Position numbers and translations under genes: made by a program. Under the pieces are notes generated by a model. That model was not told the origin of the DNA, did not search any database, and was given only the letters and a program-made list of their open reading frames with translations. From positions 83,404-147,403 of the forward strand of contig JAOZPG010000001.1 of the NCBI GenBank assembly GCA_029932855.1: DNA of 64,000 nucleotides, written 5' to 3'. This document shows positions 9,140 to 19,085 of this stretch, one piece after another. Position 1 is the first letter of the stretch, and each line of letters opens with the position of its first letter. This DNA is from Bacteroidales bacterium. GTDB lineage: Bacteria > Bacteroidota > Bacteroidia > Bacteroidales > VadinHA17.

Positions 9140-11011
9140 CTATCTGCCCAAATAAACTAAAAGAACAGAAACGTCAGCGGGGGATACACCAATAATTCTA
9201 CTTGCTTGTCCTATAGTTTTAGGATTTATTTTTTTCAGTTTTTGTCGACCTTCTATTGAAATGGATTTCAAACTATCATAATCTATATTCGCAGGAATTT
9301 TAACAGCTTCAAGTCTTGCTATTTTTTTTGCTACCAATTGCTCTCTTTCAATATATCCAGAATACTTTATAACAATTTCAGCCGATTCAATAATTTCTTT
9401 CCTTAATTTCCCTGCTTTTATTACAATACTATCAAGTTCTTCATATAAATCCAGGATCATTTCAATATTTACCTCCGGACGTTTTATTATTTCAGAGACT
9501 TTAACAGATTGTTTTATCCTGCTGCTACCGAGGTTTTCCAATAATTGATTAATAATATCAGGTTTAACAGAAAACTTCCTTAGTTTTTCTACCAATTCAT
9601 CTCTAATCGCATATTTATTTCTACATAACTCAAATCTCTCTTTTCTTGCAAGTCCAATATTATAAGCCTTTTCAGTAAGTCTCTCATCGGCATTATCTTG
9701 TCTTAATAATATCCTGTATTCTGCTCTCGCAGTAAACATGCGATATGGTTCATCCACCCCCTTTGTAACAAGATCATCTATAAGAACACCTATATAGGCT
9801 TCATCCCTTTTAAGTACAAATTCATTCTTCCCACGAATTTTCAGATTTGCATTTATCCCCGCCATCATTCCCTGAGCCCCGGCTTCCTCATATCCGGTAG
9901 TTCCGTTTACCTGTCCGGCAAAATATAAATTTTTCACCATCTTGGTCTCTAAAGTATGATATAGTTGAGTTGGATCAAAATAATCATATTCTATCGCATA
10001 TCCTGGTCTGAAAATTTCAACGTTTTCAAAACCTTTCATTTTTTTTAAGCCTTCATACTGAACCATTAAAGGTAATGAAGAAGAAAATCCGTTCAAATAA
10101 TATTCAATTCCTTCCTCTCCCTCCGGTTCAAGAAAGAGCTGATGACTGTTTTTATCAGAAAATGTTTTTAGCTTATCTTCAATACTGGGACAATATCTTG
10201 GTCCAATGCTTGAAATCGTACCATCAAAAAGGGGTGATTCAGAAAGTCCTAATTCCAGTTCTTTGTGAACTACCGGACTTGTATGAGCAATAAAACAACT
10301 ACGCTGAGGCCCCTGCTTTTTATCATAATTAAGATAAGAAAAATATCCACCCTCTTCATCACCTTTTTGCTCTATCAGCCTTCCAAAATCAACAGTTCTC
10401 CCATCAATTCTCACAGGGGTGCCTGTTTTCATTCTTCCCATTCTAAATCCATATTTTTCCAGGCCATCAGACAATTCTAAAGATGCCTCATCTCCCATTC
10501 TTCCACCTTCAATTTGATTTTTTCCCACATGCATCAATCCATTCAGAAAAGTGCCACTTGTAAGAATTACCGCTTTAGCCCTAAATTCCACACCCAGTCT
10601 TGTTTTAACTCCTTTGACAATATTTCTTTCAATTATTATACCTGTAACTGTATCCTGCCAGAAATTTACACCTTCAGTTTCTTCGAGCATTCTCCTCCAT
10701 TTATCAGAAAATCTCATTCTATCACTTTGTGCCCTGGGACTCCACATCGCCGGACCCTTAGACCTGTTAAGCATCCTGAATTGAATCATTGTATCATCCG
10801 TAACAAGGCCCGAATAACCACCCATTGCATCTATCTCCCTGACTATCTGCCCCTTAGCAATGCCCCCCATGGCAGGATTACAAGACATTTGAGCAATTTT
10901 TCCAAGATCCATTGTAATCAGCAGTACTTTTGATCCCATATTCGCTGCTGCTGCTGCTGCTTCGCTTCCAGCATGGCCAGCTCCTATAACTATAATATCA
11001 TAATCCTGCAT
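9140..11011 (-). CDS. mnmG: tRNA uridine 5-carboxymethylaminomethyl modification enzyme MnmG (GidA)
   Basis: 623 aa. FAD dinucleotide fold YDIIVIGAGHAGSEAA, and conserved GidA blocks MSCNPAMGG and GQVNGTTGYEEAGAQG. Confidence 0.95.
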   Translation of the reverse strand: MQDYDIIVIGAGHAGSEAAAAAANMGSKVLLITMDLGKIAQMSCNPAMGGIAKGQIVREIDAMGGYSGLVTDDTMIQFRMLNRSKGPAMWSPRAQSDRMRFSDKWRRMLEETEGVNFWQDTVTGIIIERNIVKGVKTRLGVEFRAKAVILTSGTFLNGLMHVGKNQIEGGRMGDEASLELSDGLEKYGFRMGRMKTGTPVRIDGRTVDFGRLIEQKGDEEGGYFSYLNYDKKQGPQRSCFIAHTSPVVHKELELGLSESPLFDGTISSIGPRYCPSIEDKLKTFSDKNSHQLFLEPEGEEGIEYYLNGFSSSLPLMVQYEGLKKMKGFENVEIFRPGYAIEYDYFDPTQLYHTLETKMVKNLYFAGQVNGTTGYEEAGAQGMMAGINANLKIRGKNEFVLKRDEAYIGVLIDDLVTKGVDEPYRMFTARAEYRILLRQDNADERLTEKAYNIGLARKERFELCRNKYAIRDELVEKLRKFSVKPDIINQLLENLGSSRIKQSVKVSEIIKRPEVNIEMILDLYEELDSIVIKAGKLRKEIIESAEIVIKYSGYIEREQLVAKKIARLEAVKIPANIDYDSLKSISIEGRQKLKKINPKTIGQASRIIGVSPADVSVLLVYLGR

Positions 11012-11068
11012 ACTTCAAAATTTCTTCAAAGATACAACAAGCAAAACTGAAATAAAATGTAATGATAT

Positions 11069-11503
11069 TTACAATTCTCCGAATGAATTAAGATAAAGGT
11101 CTTCCTTCTTTGTCATAATGTTTTTTTCATATTCGTTCCCATCATTATAACCAATTAAATGTAGTAAGCCATGAACCATTACTCTCAATTGTTCATTAAA
11201 AACCGAGACACCAAATTTTTCCGAATTTTCAATTATTCTATCATAACTTATAAAAATATCTCCTCCAATAATTTCTTTCTCCTCTGAATAATCAAATGCA
11301 ACAACATCTGTATAATAATCATGATTTAAAAACCTCATGTTTATTTTTAATAACTCTTCGTCCCCAATAAATATATAGGTAATTATTCCGGGAATTTTTT
11401 CTTCCTCTAAAATTACAAATTCAAGCCATTTAATAATTGACTTTTCTTTATACTTTTTAAATGATTTGTGTTCTGTGTTAATAAAGATGGGCACTTCAGG
11501 CAA
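11069..11503 (-). CDS. ybeY: rRNA maturation endoribonuclease YbeY
   Basis: 144 aa with the zinc motif VHGLLHLIGYND. Confidence 0.9.
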   Translation of the reverse strand: MPEVPIFINTEHKSFKKYKEKSIIKWLEFVILEEEKIPGIITYIFIGDEELLKINMRFLNHDYYTDVVAFDYSEEKEIIGGDIFISYDRIIENSEKFGVSVFNEQLRVMVHGLLHLIGYNDGNEYEKNIMTKKEDLYLNSFGEL

Positions 11504-11927
11504 TATTAAAAATCATTTCAACACCAGATCCTTCTTTAAAGAAATTTACCTGATCTGACAAATGATTCATAAGAAAAACACCTCTTCCGTTAATTCTCTC
11601 AATATTTTCCGGAGCAGTGGGGTCCGGAAGATTACTAAAATCAAAACCCACTCCCTCATCCTGTACAACTATTCTTAATTTTTCCTTATTACTCTTAACC
11701 TCGATATTAACAAATTTATCCGGATTAGATTTATTGCCATGAATAATACTATTATTAACAGCCTCTATACAGGCAACCAATACCTTTCCATACATATCTG
11801 ATGCAAGAGAACATCTTTCAGACAGTTCATCAATTAATTTTTCCACCTGTCCTAAATTCTCAGGCATTGAAGAAATCCTTAGTTCCTTGTCAAGATTCAT
11901 TTCTATATTGCCCATATTACTACTCAC
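11496..11927 (-). CDS. GHKL ATPase, anti-sigma regulatory factor / RsbW-SpoIIAB-like Ser kinase
   Basis: 143 aa. N-box-like EAVNNSIIHG, G1-like QDEGVGF and G2-like INGRGVFLM. The stop overlaps the ybeY start by 8 nt. Confidence 0.7.
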   Translation of the reverse strand: MSSNMGNIEMNLDKELRISSMPENLGQVEKLIDELSERCSLASDMYGKVLVACIEAVNNSIIHGNKSNPDKFVNIEVKSNKEKLRIVVQDEGVGFDFSNLPDPTAPENIERINGRGVFLMNHLSDQVNFFKEGSGVEMIFNIA

Positions 11928-11979
11928 TTATAGCTTATACAATTTTATCACGATAAAGTTACATTTCTTTTTCCATTTT

Positions 11980-13170
11980 TTATCTACTCAACCAAAGCTC
12001 TGGATTTTGAGTCTTTTTTTCCTTATATATTCTAAAATGTAATATCGTTTCTCCATTCCCCTCAGTATCAGAATATACCCTTCCAATTTCCTGTAAGTAA
12101 TCAACTTTTTCACCAACCCTTACTTTTACATCAATAATGTTCCGGTAAACAGTAAGAAAACTTCCATGCCTAATTATAACAGTTTGATTAGCACCGGGTA
12201 TAGCAATAATTTTCATCACTACTCCTTCAAAAATATTTCTTACGCTACTTCCTTTTGTAGTAGTAATATCTATTCCCCCATTATCAATTTGTATGTTTTT
12301 CATAACAGGATGCGGATGAACCCCAAATTTTCCTGTTATAATCCCGCTTGCGGTCGGCCAGGGCAATTTGCCTTTGTTCTCTTCAAATTTGTCAGAAATA
12401 ATTCTGTCTGATGGGGTTAATTTATAAATACTTTTTGCCTTTTTAGCCTCTTCGGCAAGTATCCTATTGATTTCTTCATCCAGCTTTTTTGCAATATTTT
12501 CATTCTTCCTTATCTCCCTCTTCAAATTTTTCTCCCTTTTTTGCAAATAAGTAAAATATCTTTCCTGCTTATTTATATCATAACTTAAGTTAACTCTTTC
12601 CCTCGTAATCTCGGAATAAACCTCTTCTTTCAGCATTCTTTTCTCTGCCAATTCTACATTCATAATATCCAGAAGTTCCTGCATTTGTAAAATTATTTTT
12701 ACCTGTTTTTTTCTGTATTGTGAATATTGTCTAAGATAAAGAGTGCGTTTATAGGCCTGGTTCAGATCAGCAGATGAAAACAGGTAAATAAGTTCAAAAT
12801 ATGGTGGCCTTTGCTGATATACTGATTGAAGCAATTTCCCATATTCCGTTTTTATCCCTTTAATATCTTTTTCAAAAGAACTTATAATATATTCATTTTC
12901 TTTTATCCTCTTATCCAGTTCTTTAAGTTCGCCAGATATTTGATTTATCAATTCTTCCCTGTTTTCAACCTGTTTGTTTAATATCCTTATTTTATTTAGT
13001 GATATATTTTTATTTCTGGATACTTCTCTGATTATCTTGTTTGTCTTCTCAATTTCTTCTCTCGCTTTGATTTTCCTTAATTCAAGCTCCCCACGTGTTT
13101 GAGCAATAAGGTTAAGCTGAAACGCAAAAAATAGAAATAAAATATTTACATAAAACACTTGTTTTTTCAT
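11980..13170 (-). CDS. EnvC-like murein hydrolase activator (coiled coil plus degenerate M23/LytM domain)
   Basis: 396 aa with a signal peptide, a long coiled coil and a C-terminal LytM-like domain. The expected HxxxD reads NGGID and the expected HxH reads ILH, which suggests an activator rather than an active peptidase. Confidence 0.78.
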   Translation of the reverse strand: MKKQVFYVNILFLFFAFQLNLIAQTRGELELRKIKAREEIEKTNKIIREVSRNKNISLNKIRILNKQVENREELINQISGELKELDKRIKENEYIISSFEKDIKGIKTEYGKLLQSVYQQRPPYFELIYLFSSADLNQAYKRTLYLRQYSQYRKKQVKIILQMQELLDIMNVELAEKRMLKEEVYSEITRERVNLSYDINKQERYFTYLQKREKNLKREIRKNENIAKKLDEEINRILAEEAKKAKSIYKLTPSDRIISDKFEENKGKLPWPTASGIITGKFGVHPHPVMKNIQIDNGGIDITTTKGSSVRNIFEGVVMKIIAIPGANQTVIIRHGSFLTVYRNIIDVKVRVGEKVDYLQEIGRVYSDTEGNGETILHFRIYKEKKTQNPELWLSR

Positions 13171-13964
13171 ATTCCATCAAAATATTTTACCCTTATATAG
13201 TTATCCGGTATTTTAATTTTAACCGGAACCTTTTGATTTATTTCTATTCTGTCATAATATAATTCAAGCTTATATTCAGAATTATTCAGAACTGTAACAA
13301 TGTTTATTCCAGAAGGGTACAAAAACCCATCTATTTCATTATAATCAAAATACCTCAGTTTAACATAATTATTTAATTCCTCATCGATAAAACCAAGGCT
13401 CTCCGGCATAGCATTAAATTTGTTGAAACAAAGGGTTTTTTTCGTCTTTAAATCCTTAGTTGATAAATCCAATATATTAAAACAAACACTTTTTGTTTCA
13501 ATATCCACTGTCTTTGGGATTTTTTCTATTTTCAAATTATCTATTAAGAATACTGTTTGTAAAAATTTAAAATCTGCCAGATAAGAAAAATGTTCTCTCA
13601 TTTTATTCTTTTCTACTCTAGAATATGATTTCTCAATTCTGTTTATAAAAGTGATACTATCCTTTTCTATAAATAACCGGTATCCCTCCATTCCGAGTTC
13701 ATTCCTAAGAACAACTACTATAACACTGTCTTTTATTGCCCTTATACCTGCATAAAAAACTTCCCGTTTACCAGAATAATAAAATTTTCCTTTTATTTTC
13801 TTTATCCATAAGTGTTCAATCTTATTGCTATAGCTTTTATAGGCATTATAAATATCATTATTGCTGAAATAATTACTACTTGTACTAATAACTGCTTTTT
13901 TCGTACTACATCCTGCAATCATTATAAATGTAAAAACAGAAATTATTAATACCAGTTTTTTCAC
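13167..13964 (-). CDS. lipoprotein, DUF4292-like (conserved partner of the TPR and M23 genes in Bacteroidota)
   Basis: 265 aa with a lipobox MIAGCS. It has a 4-nt ATGA overlap with the downstream EnvC-like gene. The family assignment is from memory of the conserved dut-TPR-DUF4292-M23 gene order. Confidence 0.55.
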   Translation of the reverse strand: MKKLVLIISVFTFIMIAGCSTKKAVISTSSNYFSNNDIYNAYKSYSNKIEHLWIKKIKGKFYYSGKREVFYAGIRAIKDSVIVVVLRNELGMEGYRLFIEKDSITFINRIEKSYSRVEKNKMREHFSYLADFKFLQTVFLIDNLKIEKIPKTVDIETKSVCFNILDLSTKDLKTKKTLCFNKFNAMPESLGFIDEELNNYVKLRYFDYNEIDGFLYPSGINIVTVLNNSEYKLELYYDRIEINQKVPVKIKIPDNYIRVKYFDGI

Positions 13965-13976
13965 AATTCTTATGTC

Positions 13977-15725
13977 TTATTTTAATTTCTTTGCTTTTTG
14001 TATTTTACTTTTTAATGATCCGGCTTCTCCACCAGCTTTTTCTGCTTTTTCCCAGAATTTGATAGCAGTATCATATTTCCTGAGTTTATAATTAACATCC
14101 CCATAGTGTTCAAATACTTCTGCGCTGATATCATTATCATTATCTATAGCTTTTTTCAGGTAGGTTTCCGCCTTTCTGTATTTTTTCATCTTATAAAGTA
14201 TCCAGCCATAAGTATCTAGATAAGTACTGTTATTTGGTTCAGCAATAATAGTTTTACTACTCATTTCTTCGGCTTTTTTCAGGTTTTCCCCCCTAAGCGA
14301 TAAATAATAACTATAATTATTTAATAATATCTGATTGTTGGGATCTATCATTAGTCCTTTTTCAAAAGATCTGTCAGACAGATCATTCATACCAACATTT
14401 TTATAGCATTCACCAATTACGGAATAAAATTGTAAGAGCAGGTCATTATTATTATTTACACGCTCAATCCCCGACTTTAATATCTCTATGGCTTCTTCGT
14501 CTAACTCCATAGCACTGCATGCCGTTCCTTTAAAAAGATAGAGTATTGCTGATTTGGGAAATAATTCAATTGCAGCACTGCTATATTTATACATATCTTC
14601 ATTCTCTCCCAGTATATTTTGTAAAAATAAAAGCTGTTCCCATACCAGGTAATTTCTTTTATCCTTTTCCAAATAAGACTTAAACTCCAGAGAAGCATTT
14701 TCATAATTACCACATTTCACATAATAATCACCTATAAGGGCAGTAATCTTAATCTCTTCATTGTATTTCTCCCGGTACCTGTTAAGGCTATAATATAGCG
14801 AGTCTTTTATTTCTGCAAGTAGTAATGGATCTGAAAATAAATAAACAACAATGTCAAATTTTGTTTCTATCCTGGTATCGTCATTAAGTAAAAGACTATC
14901 GGTAAGACTCATTAATTTATTATATTCTTTAGTAATAATATAAAACTTCATGCGACTTATCTTTAACTCTTCATTTTCCGAATATCTTTCTATTAAGTTG
15001 TTGTATTCTTCCCTGGCCCGTTCTGTTTCTCCACTTTCTGCAAGCATTTCCACATACATAAGTTTGTAGCTAAGATTATCATCAGATATCTCATTTAATT
15101 TTTCCAGTTCTTTAATAGCTTGCTGCTTTTTATTATTTCTTCTATATATTTCTGCTTTTGAAACAGAAACAGATTCCTGTAAACCAACATCGTTTTCTAT
15201 CTCATCAAATAAAAGCAGGGCCTTTTCATTTCTTTCCCCATCCATATATAACTTAGCAAGCTGATATTTATAATCAAGGTTTTGAGGACACATTGCCACT
15301 ATTTCTTCATACACCATAATACTACTATCTGCTTTACCAAGGCCGCTATACAACCCCGCAAGCTGTAATTTATACCATATGTTTCCTTTGTCGGTTTTTT
15401 CCGCCATCCTGGCATAATCCAGTGATTTATTATAATCCCCGGAATAACTATTAAGCTTGCTTAGTTCAAACATCACCGCATCACTTTCGGGATTTATTAT
15501 AAGGCATTGCTGGTAATATTTCTGTGCCTGGGCATAATTTCCCAGATTTTTCTGCTTTATTGCCTCACTAAACAGGTAATTATAATTTCTAAAATCTGTT
15601 TCGTTTTTATAATTACCGGCCATTTTTGAACTTACCGGTACAACAGATCTCTGGCAGGAAACAAATAATAATAAAAGCAGGAAATATAAATATTTGCCTG
15701 TGTTCGGCTTATATGGTTTGTACAT
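13977..15725 (-). CDS. tetratricopeptide repeat protein
   Basis: 582 aa with an N-terminal signal/anchor. It has many 34-residue TPR-like repeats, for example YAQAQKYYQQCLIINPES and YRKAETYLKKAIDNDN. Confidence 0.8.
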   Translation of the reverse strand: MYKPYKPNTGKYLYFLLLLLFVSCQRSVVPVSSKMAGNYKNETDFRNYNYLFSEAIKQKNLGNYAQAQKYYQQCLIINPESDAVMFELSKLNSYSGDYNKSLDYARMAEKTDKGNIWYKLQLAGLYSGLGKADSSIMVYEEIVAMCPQNLDYKYQLAKLYMDGERNEKALLLFDEIENDVGLQESVSVSKAEIYRRNNKKQQAIKELEKLNEISDDNLSYKLMYVEMLAESGETERAREEYNNLIERYSENEELKISRMKFYIITKEYNKLMSLTDSLLLNDDTRIETKFDIVVYLFSDPLLLAEIKDSLYYSLNRYREKYNEEIKITALIGDYYVKCGNYENASLEFKSYLEKDKRNYLVWEQLLFLQNILGENEDMYKYSSAAIELFPKSAILYLFKGTACSAMELDEEAIEILKSGIERVNNNNDLLLQFYSVIGECYKNVGMNDLSDRSFEKGLMIDPNNQILLNNYSYYLSLRGENLKKAEEMSSKTIIAEPNNSTYLDTYGWILYKMKKYRKAETYLKKAIDNDNDISAEVFEHYGDVNYKLRKYDTAIKFWEKAEKAGGEAGSLKSKIQKAKKLK

Positions 15726-15759
15726 ATTGTTTCTATTAACTAATTTCTTAATCAGGCTA

Positions 15760-16194
15760 TCAGCTTATACCTGTGTGGCCAAATCCCCCGCTTCCTCTTT
15801 CAGTTTTCTCCAAGTAATCAACTTCTGTCCATTCCGCTGTTTCATGTTTTGCTAAAATCATCTGACAAATCCTTTCTCCATTCCCTATAATAAAGTCCTT
15901 GTTTGAAAGATTAATAAGTATAACCTTTATTTCACCCCTGTAGTCTGCGTCTATTGTGCCAGGAGAATTTAAGATGCTTATTCCTTTGTTTATTGCAAGT
16001 CCGCTCCTGGGTCTTATCTGGGCTTCAACGCCTACAGGCAACTCAATAAAAAGTCCGGTTGGAACCAGTCTGCGCTCAAGGGGTTTCAGTAATATGTCCT
16101 CTGTAAGATTTGCTCTTAAATCAATTCCGGCACTGTACCCGGTGCTATATTCCGGTAATTTATGTGCCGACTTATTTACTATTTTAACTTTCAT
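15760..16194 (-). CDS. dut: dUTP diphosphatase
   Basis: 144 aa. Motifs [33 protein letters not shown] and [11 protein letters not shown]. Confidence 0.95.
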   Translation of the reverse strand: MKVKIVNKSAHKLPEYSTGYSAGIDLRANLTEDILLKPLERRLVPTGLFIELPVGVEAQIRPRSGLAINKGISILNSPGTIDADYRGEIKVILINLSNKDFIIGNGERICQMILAKHETAEWTEVDYLEKTERGSGGFGHTGIS

Positions 16195-16254
16195 TTTTCT
16201 GTTTTTCTACAATTATCTTACCACGCTTATTATACCCCCTGTGCAGATTACGGT

Positions 16255-17733
16255 TTATTTTTCAAATTCACCTAATTTATTCTTTACCTCTCTAAAATAA
16301 ATAAAGACCGTGAAAACAATAAGTATAATATTTCCGGTGATTAGTTTTATAAGCATACTGCTAAATACCCAGTTTGAAAAGGACAGGAATATTACCAGGC
16401 TGACAAAAATATATATAAGAGCCTTTTTTACCATATAGGGTACCTTATAAATTTTTCTGCCCAGATAATATGAAACTACCGTCATTATTAAATATGATAA
16501 TAAATGTGCCCACGCAGAAGCTTTATAACCATAGTGCGGAACAAATATTACATTTACCATTATTGTTATTATTGCGCCTATAGATGCTAATAATGCTGCA
16601 TATTTTGTAATGTCATTAAGTTTATACCAAACCGAAAGATTTACAAATATCCCAAACATAACAAATGCACCTAGTAAAACGGGTATAACATTAAGGCCAT
16701 CCCAATAGTTATACGGTATCAAATGTTTGAAAATATCCAGGTTGATATTAATGAATAAAAAAATTAAAAGGCAAAACAATAAAAAATAATTCATAATACC
16801 GGCATATAATTTTGGTGCCCTGCTGTCATTTGCTTTTGAAAAAAAGAATGGTTCTGCAGCATATCTGAACATTTGTATGAATATTGCCATCAATACAGCA
16901 ATTTTATAATTTGCCCCGTAAATACCCAGCTGTTCTATTGCCGTATCCTTTCCGGGAAGAAGAAATTTCAGACTGGCCTTATCAAAATTATCTATAATAA
17001 TACCTGCAAGACCAGCAAATAAAAGTGGTATAGAATAATTCAGCATTTTTTTTAATATGGAAACCGAAAAACTATATTTATCTCTTACAAAATCAGGTAT
17101 TAATAAAATCAGGCTTACTACGCTTCCACACAGGTTAGCAATAAAAACATAACCAACACCAATTTCTTCTGAATAAATATTATTAAGAACGGATCCTGGC
17201 TTATTTTTTAGATATTCCGGTATAAATAATAAAAATGATATCGCTACTCCTACAATTACCAAAACATTAATGATTTTTATCGTTGCGAATTTAAATACCC
17301 TATTCTCTATCCTTAATCTTGCAAATGGCAGGGCAGATACAGCATCTATACCAACTATCAGTGAAAACATTATTATATATTCCCTGTTTCCTGAATATTG
17401 TAACAGGGTGGCAAAATTTGTAGAAAAAGCTAGTACAATAATGATAAATGATACAGATGTAATTAAAAGGCTTGTTAATGCGGATGAAAAAATTACACCT
17501 TTATTATTTTTATCCTTTGTTGCAAACCTGAAGTATGCTGTTTCCATCCCATAGGTCAGCAGTATGAGCAGAATTGCCATATAAGCATATATCTCTGTCA
17601 CGACGCCATATTCCCCCAGACCCAGGACGCGTGTATAAAATGGCGTTAAAAGGGCATAATTAAGTACCCTGGGAACGATAGTCCCCATTCCATAGATTAT
17701 TGTTTGCCCCGCAAGTTGTTTTATTGAATTCAC
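16255..17733 (-). CDS. MOP-superfamily polysaccharide/oligosaccharide flippase (Wzx/MurJ-like)
   Basis: 492 aa and highly hydrophobic with about 14 predicted TM segments. The N-terminus GQTIIYGMGTIVPRVLNYALLTPFYTRVL is typical of this family. Confidence 0.78.
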   Translation of the reverse strand: MNSIKQLAGQTIIYGMGTIVPRVLNYALLTPFYTRVLGLGEYGVVTEIYAYMAILLILLTYGMETAYFRFATKDKNNKGVIFSSALTSLLITSVSFIIIVLAFSTNFATLLQYSGNREYIIMFSLIVGIDAVSALPFARLRIENRVFKFATIKIINVLVIVGVAISFLLFIPEYLKNKPGSVLNNIYSEEIGVGYVFIANLCGSVVSLILLIPDFVRDKYSFSVSILKKMLNYSIPLLFAGLAGIIIDNFDKASLKFLLPGKDTAIEQLGIYGANYKIAVLMAIFIQMFRYAAEPFFFSKANDSRAPKLYAGIMNYFLLFCLLIFLFININLDIFKHLIPYNYWDGLNVIPVLLGAFVMFGIFVNLSVWYKLNDITKYAALLASIGAIITIMVNVIFVPHYGYKASAWAHLLSYLIMTVVSYYLGRKIYKVPYMVKKALIYIFVSLVIFLSFSNWVFSSMLIKLITGNIILIVFTVFIYFREVKNKLGEFEK

Positions 17734-17764
17734 AAAATTCTACTATGATAAATGAGCCACAAAA

Positions 17765-18640
17765 TTAATACTTACTTTTCGTATCAATATGAATCGTTGC
17801 CAAAATATCTAATTTAATCTTTATTTCTTTAAATAATTCTTCCGTTATATATGTGGCTTCACTGAGTTTAATGTTTCCGGGCAAAACAATATGAAAGGTC
17901 ATTTCACTATGAAAACCATAATTATGAATATGGAAATGATGAAGTCTTAAATTGCCCTTATAAATATTCCCGGCAATTTTTTTTATTTCTGAAATTATTT
18001 CATCATCTGGTTTTCGTCCTAATAAATTGTTAATTGTGTTCTTAAGTATTATAATCGCTGAATAGAATATAATTATAGCAATAATAACACCCATAAGTCC
18101 GTCTATCCACCAGGCCCGGTTCTTAAAAAAAATACCCGCAAGTATTACTACAGAAGAAAGAGCATCTGATCTGTGGTGCCAGCCATCTGCTCTTACGCTT
18201 TCCGATCCTGTTTTTCTTGCAACATAAAAAGCATAACGAGCAAAGATTTCTTTTACCAGAATAGAGCTAATTGTAACAATAATTGCAACTAATCCAAAAT
18301 CTGCACTTTCTGTATTTTTCAGTTTATCAATGGACTCAACAAGAAAATGAAAAGCAATTAGTATTAATAATATTCCTATTACCAGAGAAACTATTGTTTC
18401 TGCTCTTCCGTAACCAAAAGGGTGTTCTTTATCTGCCGGTTTTAATGCATACTTAAGTCCCAGAATTAATAATACTGATGAAATTGTATCGCTTAGTGAG
18501 TGCCAGGCATCGGCCATAAGGGCAACTGATCCGGAAACAAGCCCTGCCCATATTTTTAATCCAAACAGGCTAATGTTCCCTATTATCGAGAGAAGCCCCT
18601 CCAGTATACCCAGCCTGTATTTTTCTGAAGCAGTATTCAT
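17765..18640 (-). CDS. cation diffusion facilitator family transporter
   Basis: 291 aa with six TM segments. Metal-site motifs ADAWHSLSDTISS and GWHHRSDALSS, plus a cytoplasmic C-terminal domain. Confidence 0.9.
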   Translation of the reverse strand: MNTASEKYRLGILEGLLSIIGNISLFGLKIWAGLVSGSVALMADAWHSLSDTISSVLLILGLKYALKPADKEHPFGYGRAETIVSLVIGILLILIAFHFLVESIDKLKNTESADFGLVAIIVTISSILVKEIFARYAFYVARKTGSESVRADGWHHRSDALSSVVILAGIFFKNRAWWIDGLMGVIIAIIIFYSAIIILKNTINNLLGRKPDDEIISEIKKIAGNIYKGNLRLHHFHIHNYGFHSEMTFHIVLPGNIKLSEATYITEELFKEIKIKLDILATIHIDTKSKY

Positions 18641-18721
18641 TTTCTATATACAATTTTAACAATAAAAAGCCTGTTTATGTATATCTGTGTGCTTTACTGC
18701 TTAAAAGTCGTCAAATAAATA

Positions 18722-18729
18722 TAATTTTG
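18722..18729 (+). promoter_or_regulatory. -7-type promoter box TAatTTTG
   Basis: An exact TAnnTTTG match 20 nt upstream of the ATG at 18750. No good -33 TTTG occurs at consensus spacing. Confidence 0.35.
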
Positions 18730-18749
18730 TGCCAAATTATGTGCTAATA

Positions 18750-19085
18750 ATGAAAAGCGAATCATCCAGCTGGGAAGAGCTACTTGAGAATCTTAATAAA
18801 AGCCTGGGAATAAATAAAAATCTGATGTCTGTTTTGTTTATTATGGGCCTCCAGGAAAAAGGTTCGGGTTTTAAGAATTATTCTCAGGAAGAAAAAACAG
18901 AAATAATTAAAACTGTTCAATTTAACTTATTGTGCAAAAATGATTATTACATAAAACCCGCAAAAGATCTTAATGGTCAGGCTATATGGATAGAAAATCC
19001 CGATAAGGAAATTCCTGATGGAAATGCCTATGAAAAGCTTTTAAAAAATCTTGTTTTAAATTATTTCAATACTAAATTATTATGA
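18750..19085 (+). CDS. hypothetical protein
   Basis: The track ORF begins at a GTG at 18729, which sits inside a TAatTTTG promoter-like box. I prefer the ATG at 18750 (MKSESSSWEELL...). It has a 4-nt ATGA overlap with the downstream PPIase gene. Confidence 0.55.
   Translation: MKSESSSWEELLENLNKSLGINKNLMSVLFIMGLQEKGSGFKNYSQEEKTEIIKTVQFNLLCKNDYYIKPAKDLNGQAIWIENPDKEIPDGNAYEKLLKNLVLNYFNTKLL

Noticed and set aside
10514-10933. 139-aa and 77-aa plus-strand ORFs inside mnmG.
   Set aside because: They are antisense to a highly conserved gene. The translations are rich in Cys, His and Ser with no motif, so these are shadow ORFs. The same reasoning applies to the other short antisense ORFs in the track, for example 34573-34941, 55106-55477, 40746-41102, 28776-29024 and 52311-52601.
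10944-10961. A (GCT)6 trinucleotide repeat.
   Set aside because: It lies in frame inside mnmG and encodes the poly-Ala stretch of the FAD-binding helix (SEAAAAAANMG). Any slippage would stay in frame, so it is not a regulatory or intergenic repeat.
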